Below, piece after piece: positions 1 to 8,927 of a stretch of DNA of 64,000 bases. The stretch comes from Dehalococcoidia bacterium. GTDB lineage: Bacteria; Chloroflexota; Dehalococcoidia; GIF9; AB-539-J10. Position numbers and translations under genes: made by a program. The stretch spans positions 63,843 through 127,842 of the forward strand of contig JAUVZB010000001.1 of the NCBI GenBank assembly GCA_030602785.1, in the 5' to 3' direction. Below the pieces are notes generated by a model that saw only the letters and a program-made list of their open reading frames with translations, was not told the DNA's origin and searched no databases. Within the stretch, counting starts at the first letter, position 1, and the number at the start of each line of letters is the position of its first letter.

Positions 1-1040
1 ACGTGAACCTGCTCCAGTAGCTCACGTGTCAGGTCAACGCTGGTGTATCCCTCCGGCACCTTCGCCCAGATGAAGAAGCCGCCGTCGGGCGGGCGCGCAT
101 GCAGGCCGATTTCCGCCAGCACCTTGAGGAGCCGGTCCCTGCGCCGCTGCAGAATACCATTGTGTTCGCTCACAACAGCCTGTGAGCCCCTCAGTGCCTC
201 GACGGCGGCAAGCTGGATGGCCTGCGGAATGCCAGAGTCGAGGTTCGATTTGACCGTGAAGAGGGCGCGGATTGCGTCCTTGTTGCCGACGACCATGCCG
301 ATGCGCCAGCCCGTCATGTGATACGTCTTGGAGAGCGAATGGAACTCGACTCCCACGTCCTTGGCGCCGCTCGCCTGCAGGAAACTGGGTGGCTTCTTTC
401 CATCGAAGTAGACCTCTGTGTAGGGCGCGTCGTGACACACGAAGATGTCGTGCTTGCGCGCGAATTGGACGGCCTTCTCGAAGAACTCCAGGGGCGCTCC
501 TGCACCTGTCGGGTTGTTGGGATAGTTGAGCCACATCATCGTAGCCTTCGACGCGGCAGATTCTGGTATCTCATCCAGGTCTGGCAGGAAGTCACGCTCC
601 TCCGTCAGCGGCACGAAGTACGGGCTGCCACCGGCAATCATGGTGCTCATCGAATAGACGGGATAGCCGGGATCGGGGATCAGCACAAGGCGGCCGGCCT
701 CCACGAAGCACAGCGCGATGTGCCCGATGCCTTCCTTGGAGCCGATGAGAGGCAGGACCTCAGTGCTCGGGTCCAGGTCGACGTCGAACCTGCGCTTGTA
801 CCAGTCGGCAATCGCCTCGTGCAGCTCGGGGAGCCCCTCGGTTTCGGGGTATCTATGGTTGGCCGGCACATGGGCTTCGCTGCATATCCTCTCGATGATA
901 TGCGAAGGCGTCGGCAAGTCGGGGTCGCCTATGGCGAACGTAACGATGTCGATGCCACTGGCCCGCAGAGCGGCGATGCGCCGATTGATATCGACAAACA
1001 GGTACGGGGGCAGACGGTCAAGCCTCTTCGCGAACTGCAT
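1..1040 (-). CDS. dapL: LL-diaminopimelate aminotransferase (class I/II PLP aminotransferase). Partial: the C-terminus lies beyond the window start.
   Basis: Not in the ORF track because it runs off the window edge. My reverse-complement translation from the ATG at 1040 gives MQFAKRLDRLPPYLFVDINRRIAALRASGIDIVTFAIGDPDLPTP...NYPNNPTG...SLSKTYHMTGWRIG with no stops through to position 1. LPPYLF, NPxNPTG and the SxSK PLP-lysine motif are typical of DapL-type aminotransferases. It sits next to dapF and overlaps the dapF stop. Confidence 0.75.
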   Translation of the reverse strand, partial: MQFAKRLDRLPPYLFVDINRRIAALRASGIDIVTFAIGDPDLPTPSHIIERICSEAHVPANHRYPETEGLPELHEAIADWYKRRFDVDLDPSTEVLPLIGSKEGIGHIALCFVEAGRLVLIPDPGYPVYSMSTMIAGGSPYFVPLTEERDFLPDLDEIPESAASKATMMWLNYPNNPTGAGAPLEFFEKAVQFARKHDIFVCHDAPYTEVYFDGKKPPSFLQASGAKDVGVEFHSLSKTYHMTGWRIGMVVGNKDAIRALFTVKSNLDSGIPQAIQLAAVEALRGSQAVVSEHNGILQRRRDRLLKVLAEIGLHARPPDGGFFIWAKVPEGYTSVDLTRELLEQVH

Positions 1041-1902
1041 AGTCACTACTCCTTTGATGTGGGTCCGACCAATCGCCAACGAAGACCTGCTCCACAGGCC
1101 CTCGCAACAAGACCTCTTCATCACCTTCGGGCAACGTCACGGCCAGCACCCCCCCGGGCAGATGAACGTTCACCTCGCGGTCGCAGTACCCCAGCAACCG
1201 GGCCGCCACTGCGATGGCGCATGCTCCGGAGCCGCACGCAAGCGTCTCGCCTGCTCCACGTTCCCACACACGCGCCTCGATATCCCTGCGTCCGAGCACC
1301 CTTGCGACCTCGAAGTTGATACGTGCAGGGAAGATGTCGTGCGTCTCCATGGCAGGGCCCACCGTTCCGAGCGGATAGTCTGCTACATCGTCAGTGATGA
1401 ACGTGGCGGCGTGCGGGTTTCCCATCGACACCAGGTTCACCGAGACCGGGCGTCCGCCGGCGCTGACGGCCAACCCGAGGATGGGGCCCTTCCGTCCGGG
1501 AAGCTGAGCGGGGATTTCAGTCGGCTCGAAGCGGGGCACGCCCATCGAGACCTCGGCTGCATTCACATTGCCATGCTCGTCCCGGAACGCGGTCGCATGT
1601 CGCGTGCCGGCCAGTGTCTCAACATCAAACTCGTCTGCGCTGACCAGTCCGTGGTCCAGTACGAACTTGACGAAGCAGCGCAAGCCATTGCCACAGGCCT
1701 CCGCCTCCGACCCATCCGGATTGAACATGCGCATCTTCGGGGCGGAGCCCGTCGTGGGCGTGACAAGAATGGCGCCGTCGGCTCCCACACCAAAGTGACG
1801 GTCGCACAGCCTGGGCGCCAGCAGGCCCCACGCAAGCTCGGAGGCACGGGCATCCACGACAACGAAGTCATTCCCAGCGCCGTGGTACTTGGTGAACTTC
1901 AT
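1018..1902 (-). CDS. dapF: diaminopimelate epimerase
   Basis: 294 aa. N-terminus MKFTKYHGAGNDFVVVD; the two catalytic Cys regions are present (ACGNG, CGSGACA). Confidence 0.9.
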   Translation of the reverse strand: MKFTKYHGAGNDFVVVDARASELAWGLLAPRLCDRHFGVGADGAILVTPTTGSAPKMRMFNPDGSEAEACGNGLRCFVKFVLDHGLVSADEFDVETLAGTRHATAFRDEHGNVNAAEVSMGVPRFEPTEIPAQLPGRKGPILGLAVSAGGRPVSVNLVSMGNPHAATFITDDVADYPLGTVGPAMETHDIFPARINFEVARVLGRRDIEARVWERGAGETLACGSGACAIAVAARLLGYCDREVNVHLPGGVLAVTLPEGDEEVLLRGPVEQVFVGDWSDPHQRSSDYAVREEA

Positions 1903-2822
1903 CGCGGCACTCCTTCAATGATTCGTGCGGCGGCGTCAAGTGCAGCAGCAGGAGTCCCATAGTCGAGCCACGTGATACGCTTGTCCGCGGGGCGGAACCA
2001 TGCATTCTGCCTCCGTATCAGTCGTCTCGTCTCGCGTTTGATCTGCGCCACTGCAGCCTCAAGGTCAATCCTTCCCAGCACGTGCTCCGCCATCTCCCTG
2101 TAACCGATGCTCGTCATCGCAGGCAACGACGGGCTGAAGCCCATGTTGAGGAGAGAACTGACCTCCTCAGGGAAACCCTGCCCTATCATTCTATCAACAC
2201 GGGCATCCGCCCTGGCAAACAGACGTGACCTGTCGAGTCCTACTCCGATGATGACACTGCCCGCCGGCACAGAGCCCTTGCGCCATAGCAACTCCGATGG
2301 CAGCGTGCCGGTCGCGCGGAACAGCTCGAGCGCGCGAATCACCCTTCGCAGGTTTCGGGGATGGATCCGTGCCGCGGCGACCCCGTCGATACGCGCCAGC
2401 TCGTCATGAACGGACAGGCTCCCCTGGGTACTGGCAATCTCCTCGATCGACTTCCGGTACTCATAGTCCGGAGGCACTTCGGGTACCTGCCATCCCTCGA
2501 CAAGCGACCAGAGATACAGGCCTGTGCCGCCGACAATCAGGGGGATGTGGCCGCGAGCGGCAACCGCCTCGATGGCATCTTTCGCCAGACGAAGGTACGT
2601 CGCCAGAGAGAAGTCCTCGTCCGGACTCGCAACGTCAATCAGGTGGTGCTGGACTCGCGCCCTGTCGTCCTTCGAGGGCTTGCTTGTGCCGATGTCCATG
2701 TGACGATACACTTGGCGGCTATCGGCATTCACAACCTCGACGGACAGGCGGTCAGCCAGCGCCATAGCGAGGTCGGTCTTCCCGACCGCAGTGGGTCCGA
2801 CGATTGCGGTGAGAGGTCTCAT
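1899..2822 (-). CDS. miaA: tRNA dimethylallyltransferase
   Basis: 307 aa. P-loop GPTAVGKT and the DSRQVYR motif. Overlaps dapF by 4 nt. Confidence 0.9.
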   Translation of the reverse strand: MRPLTAIVGPTAVGKTDLAMALADRLSVEVVNADSRQVYRHMDIGTSKPSKDDRARVQHHLIDVASPDEDFSLATYLRLAKDAIEAVAARGHIPLIVGGTGLYLWSLVEGWQVPEVPPDYEYRKSIEEIASTQGSLSVHDELARIDGVAAARIHPRNLRRVIRALELFRATGTLPSELLWRKGSVPAGSVIIGVGLDRSRLFARADARVDRMIGQGFPEEVSSLLNMGFSPSLPAMTSIGYREMAEHVLGRIDLEAAVAQIKRETRRLIRRQNAWFRPADKRITWLDYGTPAAALDAAARIIEGVPR

Positions 2823-2868
2823 TCAGGGAACAATAGTGCGTAGTTCCTCGCCATCGGCGCCACGGGGT

Positions 2869-3642
2869 TCATTCGGAGGAACGCTTCTTCTCCGCGGATG
2901 CCGTCCGGAAGACAATCTCGGCGAACTCCGGGGCACGCAGGCTCGCGCCACCCACGAGAGCGCCGTCGATGTCACTCAGGCTGACGAACTCAACCACGTT
3001 ATCAGAGTCGACGCTGCCACCGTAGAGGATGCGCAGCTCGCGAGCGGAATCACTGTCCCATAGCTGTCCAATCATGTCTCTGATTGCGCGGGCGGTTAGG
3101 TTCACGTCGTCTGGCAGAGCTGGCCTGCCTGTGCCTATCGCCCATATCGGCTCGTACGCCACAACCAGTCCTTTGTATGGAGTGCTTGACTCCAGAGCTC
3201 CCTTGAGCTGATGTGCCAGGACCTGCTCTGTGCGTCCGGCCATGTTCTCCTCAAGGCTCTCACCCACGCAGAGAATCGGGGCGAGGCCGTGGCGACGCAG
3301 CGCCGCTAGCTTTCTGGCCACCAGCTCATCGCTCTCCCCGAACCACTTGCGCCGTTCCGAATGACCTACAATCACGTAATGGCACAGGTCGGCGAGCATG
3401 AGCGGAGAGACTTCGCCGGTGAAGGCTCCGGCGTCCTCGTAGAAAACGTCTTGCGCGCCAACCCTGAATTGAGTCTTTTTGAGCACGTTGCTGACCGGGT
3501 GAAGCGCGACGAACGGCGGGCAGACGACTATTTCCACTCTGGAGACGGACTCGAGGCAGTCACGCAGCGACGTGACCAACTCCACCGCGGTATCGACAGT
3601 GCAGTTCATCTTCCAGTTGCCGGCAATCAGTGGTTCTCTCAT
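2869..3642 (-). CDS. tpiA: triosephosphate isomerase
   Basis: IAGNWKMN near the N-terminus; the GHSERR and YEPIWAIGTG motifs are present. Start set at the internal ATG at 3642 (MREPLIAGNWKMN), which makes an ATGA overlap with the pgk stop (3641..3639). The ORF track extends it to 3678. Confidence 0.9.
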   Translation of the reverse strand: MREPLIAGNWKMNCTVDTAVELVTSLRDCLESVSRVEIVVCPPFVALHPVSNVLKKTQFRVGAQDVFYEDAGAFTGEVSPLMLADLCHYVIVGHSERRKWFGESDELVARKLAALRRHGLAPILCVGESLEENMAGRTEQVLAHQLKGALESSTPYKGLVVAYEPIWAIGTGRPALPDDVNLTARAIRDMIGQLWDSDSARELRILYGGSVDSDNVVEFVSLSDIDGALVGGASLRAPEFAEIVFRTASAEKKRSSE

Positions 3643-4868
3643 TTGGCCTCGCCGTTCCCCGGATGCGAACCGTCGCATGGTTGCGAGGCATCGTCGAGCG
3701 CCTCAACGCACGGAAGCGTGCCGTTCTCCAGCAACTCGAGAGTGGCGCCGCCTCCCGTGGAGACATGTGACACAAGCTCGGCTAGACCCATCTCCTGGAC
3801 GGCGTCCACGCTGGACCCGCCGCCGATAACCGTCGTTGCGTCGAAAGCCGTGAGATAGTTGATGAGGCATTTCGTTCCCAGCGCGAACTGGTCCACCTCG
3901 TAGACCCCCATCGGACCGTTCCACATGATTGTGCGGCAGGATTCGAGCTTCCCGGAGAAATACTCGATCGTCCGTGGTCCAATGTCCACTATGCCCATGT
4001 CGGATGGAATCCCGGTGACAGGGACAATCCTCACCCGTACGCCCGCCTTGACCTCCGCCGCCACAAGCACGTCCACAGGCAGCAACACCGGTACCCCCCT
4101 GCTTTCGGACTCATGAATGATGTCCCGGGCCACGTCCAGTGCCGCATCCTCAACCAGCGAATGACCAACCTCCAGTCCCCGGGCTTTCAGGAACGTGGCA
4201 GCGAGGCCGCCTCCAACCAGTATTATGTCGACGCGCTGGAGCATGCTCCTCATCATGCCGACCTTGTCACTGACCTTCGCCCCACCAAACACGCAGGCGA
4301 AGGGACGCGCAGGAGAACCGAGGAGGCCTTCCAGCGCCCTGAGTTCCTTCTCCATCAAGAGTCCGGCCGCGGACGGCAGGTAGTGCGTAATGCCCTCCGT
4401 GGATGCGTGTGCCCGGTGGGCAGTGCCAAAGGCATCGTTCACGTATACGTTTGCTAGAGCCCCAAGCTGCTTCGCGAATTCCGGGTCGTTCGCCTCTTCC
4501 TCGGCACGGAACCTGACGTTCTCAAGCAAGAGGACTTCCCCATCATGTAGTCTTGCCACAGCCTGCTCTGCCTCAGGCCCGACACAGTCCTCCACATACG
4601 CCACCGGTGTGCCGAGCAGCAGTGCAAGCCGATCAGCGACGGGCTTCAGGCGCAACTCGTCGACCACCTTTCCCTTAGGACGGCCGAGATGTGATGCGAG
4701 CACCACACGGGCTTTCCTCTCGGTCAAGTAGCGAATCGTTGGGAGAGCAGCCCTAATGCGCGTGTCATCGCTGATTTCGTCGTCGTCGCTGCCAAAGGGG
4801 ACGTTGAAGTCCACTCTCACGAAGACCCGTTTGCCTGCGACAGCCAGATCTCTCACAGTTTTCTTCAT
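3639..4868 (-). CDS. pgk: phosphoglycerate kinase
   Basis: VRVDFNVP plus the hinge and ATP motifs. Start set at MKKTVRDL (ATG at 4868), with AGGAGG 12 nt upstream. The ORF track offers TTG at 4880. Confidence 0.9.
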   Translation of the reverse strand: MKKTVRDLAVAGKRVFVRVDFNVPFGSDDDEISDDTRIRAALPTIRYLTERKARVVLASHLGRPKGKVVDELRLKPVADRLALLLGTPVAYVEDCVGPEAEQAVARLHDGEVLLLENVRFRAEEEANDPEFAKQLGALANVYVNDAFGTAHRAHASTEGITHYLPSAAGLLMEKELRALEGLLGSPARPFACVFGGAKVSDKVGMMRSMLQRVDIILVGGGLAATFLKARGLEVGHSLVEDAALDVARDIIHESESRGVPVLLPVDVLVAAEVKAGVRVRIVPVTGIPSDMGIVDIGPRTIEYFSGKLESCRTIMWNGPMGVYEVDQFALGTKCLINYLTAFDATTVIGGGSSVDAVQEMGLAELVSHVSTGGGATLELLENGTLPCVEALDDASQPCDGSHPGNGEAK

Positions 4869-5088
4869 CTTCGGCCACAACCTCCTTGGGCATCATCTCA
4901 GGTAGCGTGGGGTGGGCGCGCCGCAACCACGGATAGCGCAGCAATCGCACGATGTGTTCCTGGCAATGAACTGCGCCGACGGGAGAGGTTCACCTGCGCC
5001 CATTCATTCATGCTTCAATTGCGGACGCGGTTGGTACGCGAAATGGTAGCCACGGCAGGGTCGCGCTGTCAACAATCGGCAATCCAAC

Positions 5089-5117
5089 TTGCTTGAGTTC
5101 GACAGGTCACATATAAT
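5089..5117 (+). promoter_or_regulatory. sigma70-like promoter: -35 TTGCTT (5089-5094), 17-bp spacer, -10 TATAAT (5112-5117)
   Basis: Perfect TATAAT with correct spacing, 40 nt upstream of the 5159 ATG, which itself has GGAGG 7 nt upstream. Confidence 0.45.
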
Positions 5118-5158
5118 TAGCACTTCGCAGGCCCGAGTGCTAACCCCGGAGGTGACTG

Positions 5159-5536
5159 ATGAACTGTACGGAATGTGGCAACGCGCTGCTTCTCGACCGC
5201 GTGATTTTTCGATGTTCCTGCGGAGCATACGTACATGCGTATTGCGCCGACAACCATATTGTCCACGCGCACCGTCCCGAGTTCCAGGAGGGATTCGTTG
5301 ACCTGAATGGTGACTTTCACTTGAAGAAGGAGCCTGTAGTCGTGGCAGAACTCCTGGAACCTGAGGTCGAGGAAGAGTCACCGGAAGTTGTTGAGACGTC
5401 TCCCGACGGAGAGGAAAACGAGAAGGTGGCCGAAAAGGACGAAGATATCGCGACTGTCACCGAGACGCCTGTGGATGGGGGCGAAGTGGAAGCCGAGTCA
5501 TCCGAGTCTGAGAAGCCGGATGCCTCGTCTGAGTGA
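5159..5536 (+). CDS. small Cys/His-rich (putative zinc-ribbon) protein with a long acidic Glu/Asp/Ser-rich C-terminal tail
   Basis: 125 aa, MNCTECGNALLLDRVIFRCSCGAYVHAYCADNHIVHAH followed by about 70 residues of a low-complexity acidic tail. Good SD and promoter; no family recognised. Confidence 0.5.
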   Translation: MNCTECGNALLLDRVIFRCSCGAYVHAYCADNHIVHAHRPEFQEGFVDLNGDFHLKKEPVVVAELLEPEVEEESPEVVETSPDGEENEKVAEKDEDIATVTETPVDGGEVEAESSESEKPDASSE

Positions 5537-5563
5537 CGTGTTCCCCGTGCAGGAGGATGACAG

Positions 5564-5776
5564 GTGCCCACATACTCATACAGATGCGACAAGTGTACGC
5601 ACGAGTTCGACGTTAGACAGAGTTTCAAGGACAAGCCGCTGGCTTTGTGTCCTGAGTGCGGCGAGGAAGCTCGGCGTGTGTTCTGTCCGGTACCCATAGT
5701 GTTCAAGGGCCCCGGTTTCTATACGACGGATTCCCGACCGGGCAGCTCCGTGAAAGCTAGCGACAGCGGTGAGTAG
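5564..5776 (+). CDS. FmdB-family zinc-ribbon protein
   Basis: 70 aa, MPTYSYRCDKCTHEFDV...LALCPECGEE. This is the CxxC...CxxC arrangement typical of FmdB-family putative regulatory zinc ribbons. Confidence 0.8.
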   Translation: MPTYSYRCDKCTHEFDVRQSFKDKPLALCPECGEEARRVFCPVPIVFKGPGFYTTDSRPGSSVKASDSGE

Positions 5777-5820
5777 AGCTGCAATTCAGGGCGGGTCGGC
5801 CCATGGTAGACTGTTCATAA

Positions 5821-5894
5821 GTCCCTGTAGCTCAGCAGGATAGAGCGGCTGCCTTCTAAGCAGCGGGTCGTGGGTTCGAATCCCTCCAGGGACG
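5821..5894 (+). tRNA. tRNA-Arg (anticodon TCT)
   Basis: Cloverleaf folded by hand: acceptor GTCCCTG/CAGGGAC, D-stem GCTC/GAGC, anticodon stem GCTGC/GCAGC with loop CTTCTAA, T-loop TTCGAAT. There is one U-U mismatch in the T-stem and no encoded CCA. Confidence 0.8.
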
Positions 5895-6062
5895 CTTCTT
5901 AGTTGGCCGATTGTCTTTTCGGCCGTCCCCGCCAGGTTCCGACGGCGCCTGTGCAAGGCACCGCGGTGGTGGTCACCGGGGACATCGTGATTCGGGTGAT
6001 GGTGCACGGCAACAGTGGGCGGTCTCGACTGTGACCCGGGCAGTGCCCCACACGATTGGCTG

Positions 6063-6092
6063 TTGCAGGCCACGTACGGAGTATGGTACATT
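6063..6092 (+). promoter_or_regulatory. candidate promoter for rpsB-tsf-frr: -35 TTGCAG, 18-bp spacer, extended -10 TGgTACATT
   Basis: Read directly from the sequence, 60 nt upstream of the rpsB ATG. Confidence 0.4.
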
Positions 6093-6151
6093 AGCCAAGT
6101 TTCGCGGCTATTGAATCGTTCGAATCAGGAGAGCAACAGGACAAACGAGGC

Positions 6152-6934
6152 ATGGAGAATCCATCAGTAAAGGAACTACTTGAAGCGGGCGCCCACTTTG
6201 GCCATCACACCAGTTACTGGCACCCAAAGATGAAGCGTTACATCTTCGCTCAGCGCAACGGTATCCACATCATCGACCTGGACCAGACAGTGCAGATGCT
6301 GCAGACGGCATGCATGTTTGTCAGGGATGTCGCCGCGCGTGGCCAATCAATATTGTTTGTGGGCACGAAGCGCCAGGCTCAACAGGTTGTGGAAGAAGAA
6401 GCCAAGCGCTGTGGGATGTACTACGTGAATCAGCGCTGGCTGGGCGGCATGCTCACCAATTTCGGCAACATCCAGGCCAGGATTGACTACCTGGTGCGCC
6501 TGGAAGACCGGAGGGACAAAGGTGAGCTGGACCTGCTATCCAAGAAGGAACGGTCACGGATCGAGAAGAAACTGACTCATCTCAACGACCAGATGGGTGG
6601 CTTCAAGGAGATGACGTCCTTCCCGGGGGCCGTGTTCATTACTGATCCGCTGAAAGACAAGATCGCCGTTTCCGAGGCCAGGAAGGTCGGCATTCCGGTT
6701 GTGTCCATCGCGGACTCGAACTGCAATCCAGACCAGATCGACTACCTTATTCCGGCGAACGACGACGCCATCAAGGCCATCCGGCTGATTTCCGGCAAGA
6801 TTGCCAGCGCAGTGATTGAGGGTAGGGGCATCCTGGTCTCCGAGCAGGTAGATGAGACCGAGCAGGCTTCTGAAGAGGCAGAGGAGCCAGTGGAGATGCT
6901 CCGTTCCTATTCCTTCAATCCAGACGAAAACTAG
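6152..6934 (+). CDS. rpsB: 30S ribosomal protein S2
   Basis: MENPSVKELLEAGAHFGHHTSYWHPKM, the canonical S2 N-terminus. Confidence 0.95.
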   Translation: MENPSVKELLEAGAHFGHHTSYWHPKMKRYIFAQRNGIHIIDLDQTVQMLQTACMFVRDVAARGQSILFVGTKRQAQQVVEEEAKRCGMYYVNQRWLGGMLTNFGNIQARIDYLVRLEDRRDKGELDLLSKKERSRIEKKLTHLNDQMGGFKEMTSFPGAVFITDPLKDKIAVSEARKVGIPVVSIADSNCNPDQIDYLIPANDDAIKAIRLISGKIASAVIEGRGILVSEQVDETEQASEEAEEPVEMLRSYSFNPDEN

Positions 6935-6942
6935 ATTGGGGT

Positions 6943-7452
6943 TTGTGTATGGACATTTCTGCAAGCACGGTTAAGGAAGTACGCACCAGGACCAGCGCCG
7001 GGGTGCTGGACTGCAAGAAGGCACTCGTTGACTGTAACGGCGACATTGACGGTGCCGTCGACGCTCTCAAGAAGAAGGGTCTGGCGAAGGCCGCGAAGAG
7101 GGCCGAACGAGCTGTTGGCGAGGGCGTTATTGCCACGTATGTTCACCACAATGGCCGGATCGGAGCGCTGGTTGAATTGAACTGCGAGACCGACTTCGTT
7201 GCGCGCACGGACGATTTCCGAAAATTGGCATACGATATCGCCCTGCAGGTCGTGGGCTTGACTCCTCTGTACCTGACGGAGGACGAACGACCCGCTGACT
7301 GTGAGGCCAGTGTTGCGGAGGCGTGCCTTCTGTCACAGCCGTTCGTCAAGGATCCATCGAAGCGAGTGTGCGACCTCATCAGTGAAGCCATCGCCCGCAC
7401 GGGCGAGAACATCAGGGTTGGCAGATTCGCGCGATTCGAACTCGGCTGCTAG
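6943..7452 (+). CDS. tsf: elongation factor Ts (short form)
   Basis: 169 aa. UBA-like N-terminus TSAGVLDCKKALVDCNGDIDGAVDALKKKG, and a core containing ELNCETDFVARTDDF. Confidence 0.85.
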   Translation: MCMDISASTVKEVRTRTSAGVLDCKKALVDCNGDIDGAVDALKKKGLAKAAKRAERAVGEGVIATYVHHNGRIGALVELNCETDFVARTDDFRKLAYDIALQVVGLTPLYLTEDERPADCEASVAEACLLSQPFVKDPSKRVCDLISEAIARTGENIRVGRFARFELGC

Positions 7453-7491
7453 CATACTGCATCGACCCGGTTCGCGAGTGGAGGCAGACTC

Positions 7492-8049
7492 ATGGCCAGC
7501 GAAGTCCTCGTCAACCTGAACAGCGACATGCAGAAGTGTGTCGACGGCCTTTCTCATGAGCTGGTTTCTGTTCGCAGCGGCAGGGCAAGCTCCGGCCTTG
7601 TGGAGGGGCTGCTGGTCGAGTACCACGGCGCCTCGCTACCCGTAAAACAGCTGGCAAACATCTCCATACCTGAGGCGACTCTTATTGCCATCCAGCCCTG
7701 GGACCGCGGTGCTCTCCGCGCCATCGAGAAGGCCATTCTGAAGTCGAATCTCGGTGTAAATCCTTCCAATGACGGGAACATGATTCGGCTCGCACTCCCC
7801 TCCCTCAGTGAGGAGCGCCGGCTGCAACTGGCAAAGATGGTCGGCAAGCAAGTGGAGGAACGAAAGGTCGCTCTCAGGAACATCCGCCGGGACTGCGTCT
7901 CGAAGCTCCGGCAGATGGAGAAGAACAGGGGAATCTCCGAGAACGAACTCGAGTCCACTCTGCGAAAGGTCGACGACGTCTGCGACGTCTTCGTCCACAA
8001 AGCCGCCGAGATTGGACTCGCCAAAGAGAAGGAAATCAAAGAGATCTAG
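7492..8049 (+). CDS. frr: ribosome recycling factor
   Basis: 185 aa. The ...IQPWDRGAL...RLALPSLSEERR... pattern is typical of Frr. Confidence 0.9.
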   Translation: MASEVLVNLNSDMQKCVDGLSHELVSVRSGRASSGLVEGLLVEYHGASLPVKQLANISIPEATLIAIQPWDRGALRAIEKAILKSNLGVNPSNDGNMIRLALPSLSEERRLQLAKMVGKQVEERKVALRNIRRDCVSKLRQMEKNRGISENELESTLRKVDDVCDVFVHKAAEIGLAKEKEIKEI

Positions 8050-8114
8050 CGCCCTCGTCACTCTGCGAGCCTCCCTCGCCTCTGAGTTGTTCCTTCGTCT
8101 GCTACAATTCACGT

Positions 8115-8927
8115 GTGCTTCGTCTCAGATTCCTGACAGGCGCCATCGGGCTGTCTCTGGTTCTTTTCTCCATCTTGAGTGGACGGCCGTTCTTCACGAT
8201 ATTCGTAGCGGTCGTCGCCGCTGCGTGCGCGGTCGAAGTGTGCCGTCTCGCGCCCGGACTACACACACGTGACCCACTCCTCATCCTTGCCGTCTTGTGG
8301 GCCGCATTGCTCGCCGTGAGGCATCAGTTCGCGTACGACTTCGGCTATGGCCTGATTATCACCGGCCCACTTGTTATCTCGCTCATGATGCTCCTTCCGG
8401 TCGACGGCAGGCGGCGAACTTTTGTGGACTGGGCCTGGGCCACTGCGGGTGCATTCTACGTGGGATGGCTACTCGGACTGTGGGATGGCCTGTATTTGCT
8501 GCCGTCAGGCAGGTCTCTGGTGCTGTTTGGGATGCTGACGACGTTCGCCTATGATACGGGCGCATTCTTCGCAGGTCGCGCCTTCGGGCGCCATAAGCTG
8601 GCGCCGTCTACGAGTGCGGGCAAGACGTGGGAGGGTGTTGTGGGAGGAACAGCATCTGCGCTCGTGATTGCGCTCATAATCCGATGGGCGATTATCTTGG
8701 CGCTGGGGTCGTTTCCACTGTCCCCTGCTCTCGTGCTCGGCGCCGCTGCCCTCGTAGCCGTGGCAGCCCAGACAGGCGACCTGGTGGCGTCAGCCATCAA
8801 GCGTAGCGGCAGTGTGAAGGATGCAGGCACACTCCTGCCGGGACACGGAGGGGTGCTCGATCGCTTCGATAGCCTCCTGTTCACAGGCGCGGCGATATAC
8901 TACTACACGCTGTGGGTGGTCGCTTGA
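8115..8927 (+). CDS. cdsA: phosphatidate cytidylyltransferase
   Basis: 270-aa multi-TM protein with the CdsA signature AYDTGAFFAGRAFGRHKLAPSTSAGKTWEG. Ends in TGA. Confidence 0.85.
   Translation: MLRLRFLTGAIGLSLVLFSILSGRPFFTIFVAVVAAACAVEVCRLAPGLHTRDPLLILAVLWAALLAVRHQFAYDFGYGLIITGPLVISLMMLLPVDGRRRTFVDWAWATAGAFYVGWLLGLWDGLYLLPSGRSLVLFGMLTTFAYDTGAFFAGRAFGRHKLAPSTSAGKTWEGVVGGTASALVIALIIRWAIILALGSFPLSPALVLGAAALVAVAAQTGDLVASAIKRSGSVKDAGTLLPGHGGVLDRFDSLLFTGAAIYYYTLWVVA

Noticed and set aside
318-1962. Long plus-strand ORFs (318-1319, 718-1962) over the dapL/dapF region
   Set aside because: They are antisense to well-supported dapL and dapF, their translations are low-complexity Arg/Ala/Pro-rich with no recognisable family, and such ORFs are typical GC-rich shadow artefacts.
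5786-6114. ORFs 5786-6091 (-) and 5911-6114 (+)
   Set aside because: They overlap tRNA-Arg and the rpsB leader and show no family resemblance. Likely spurious.
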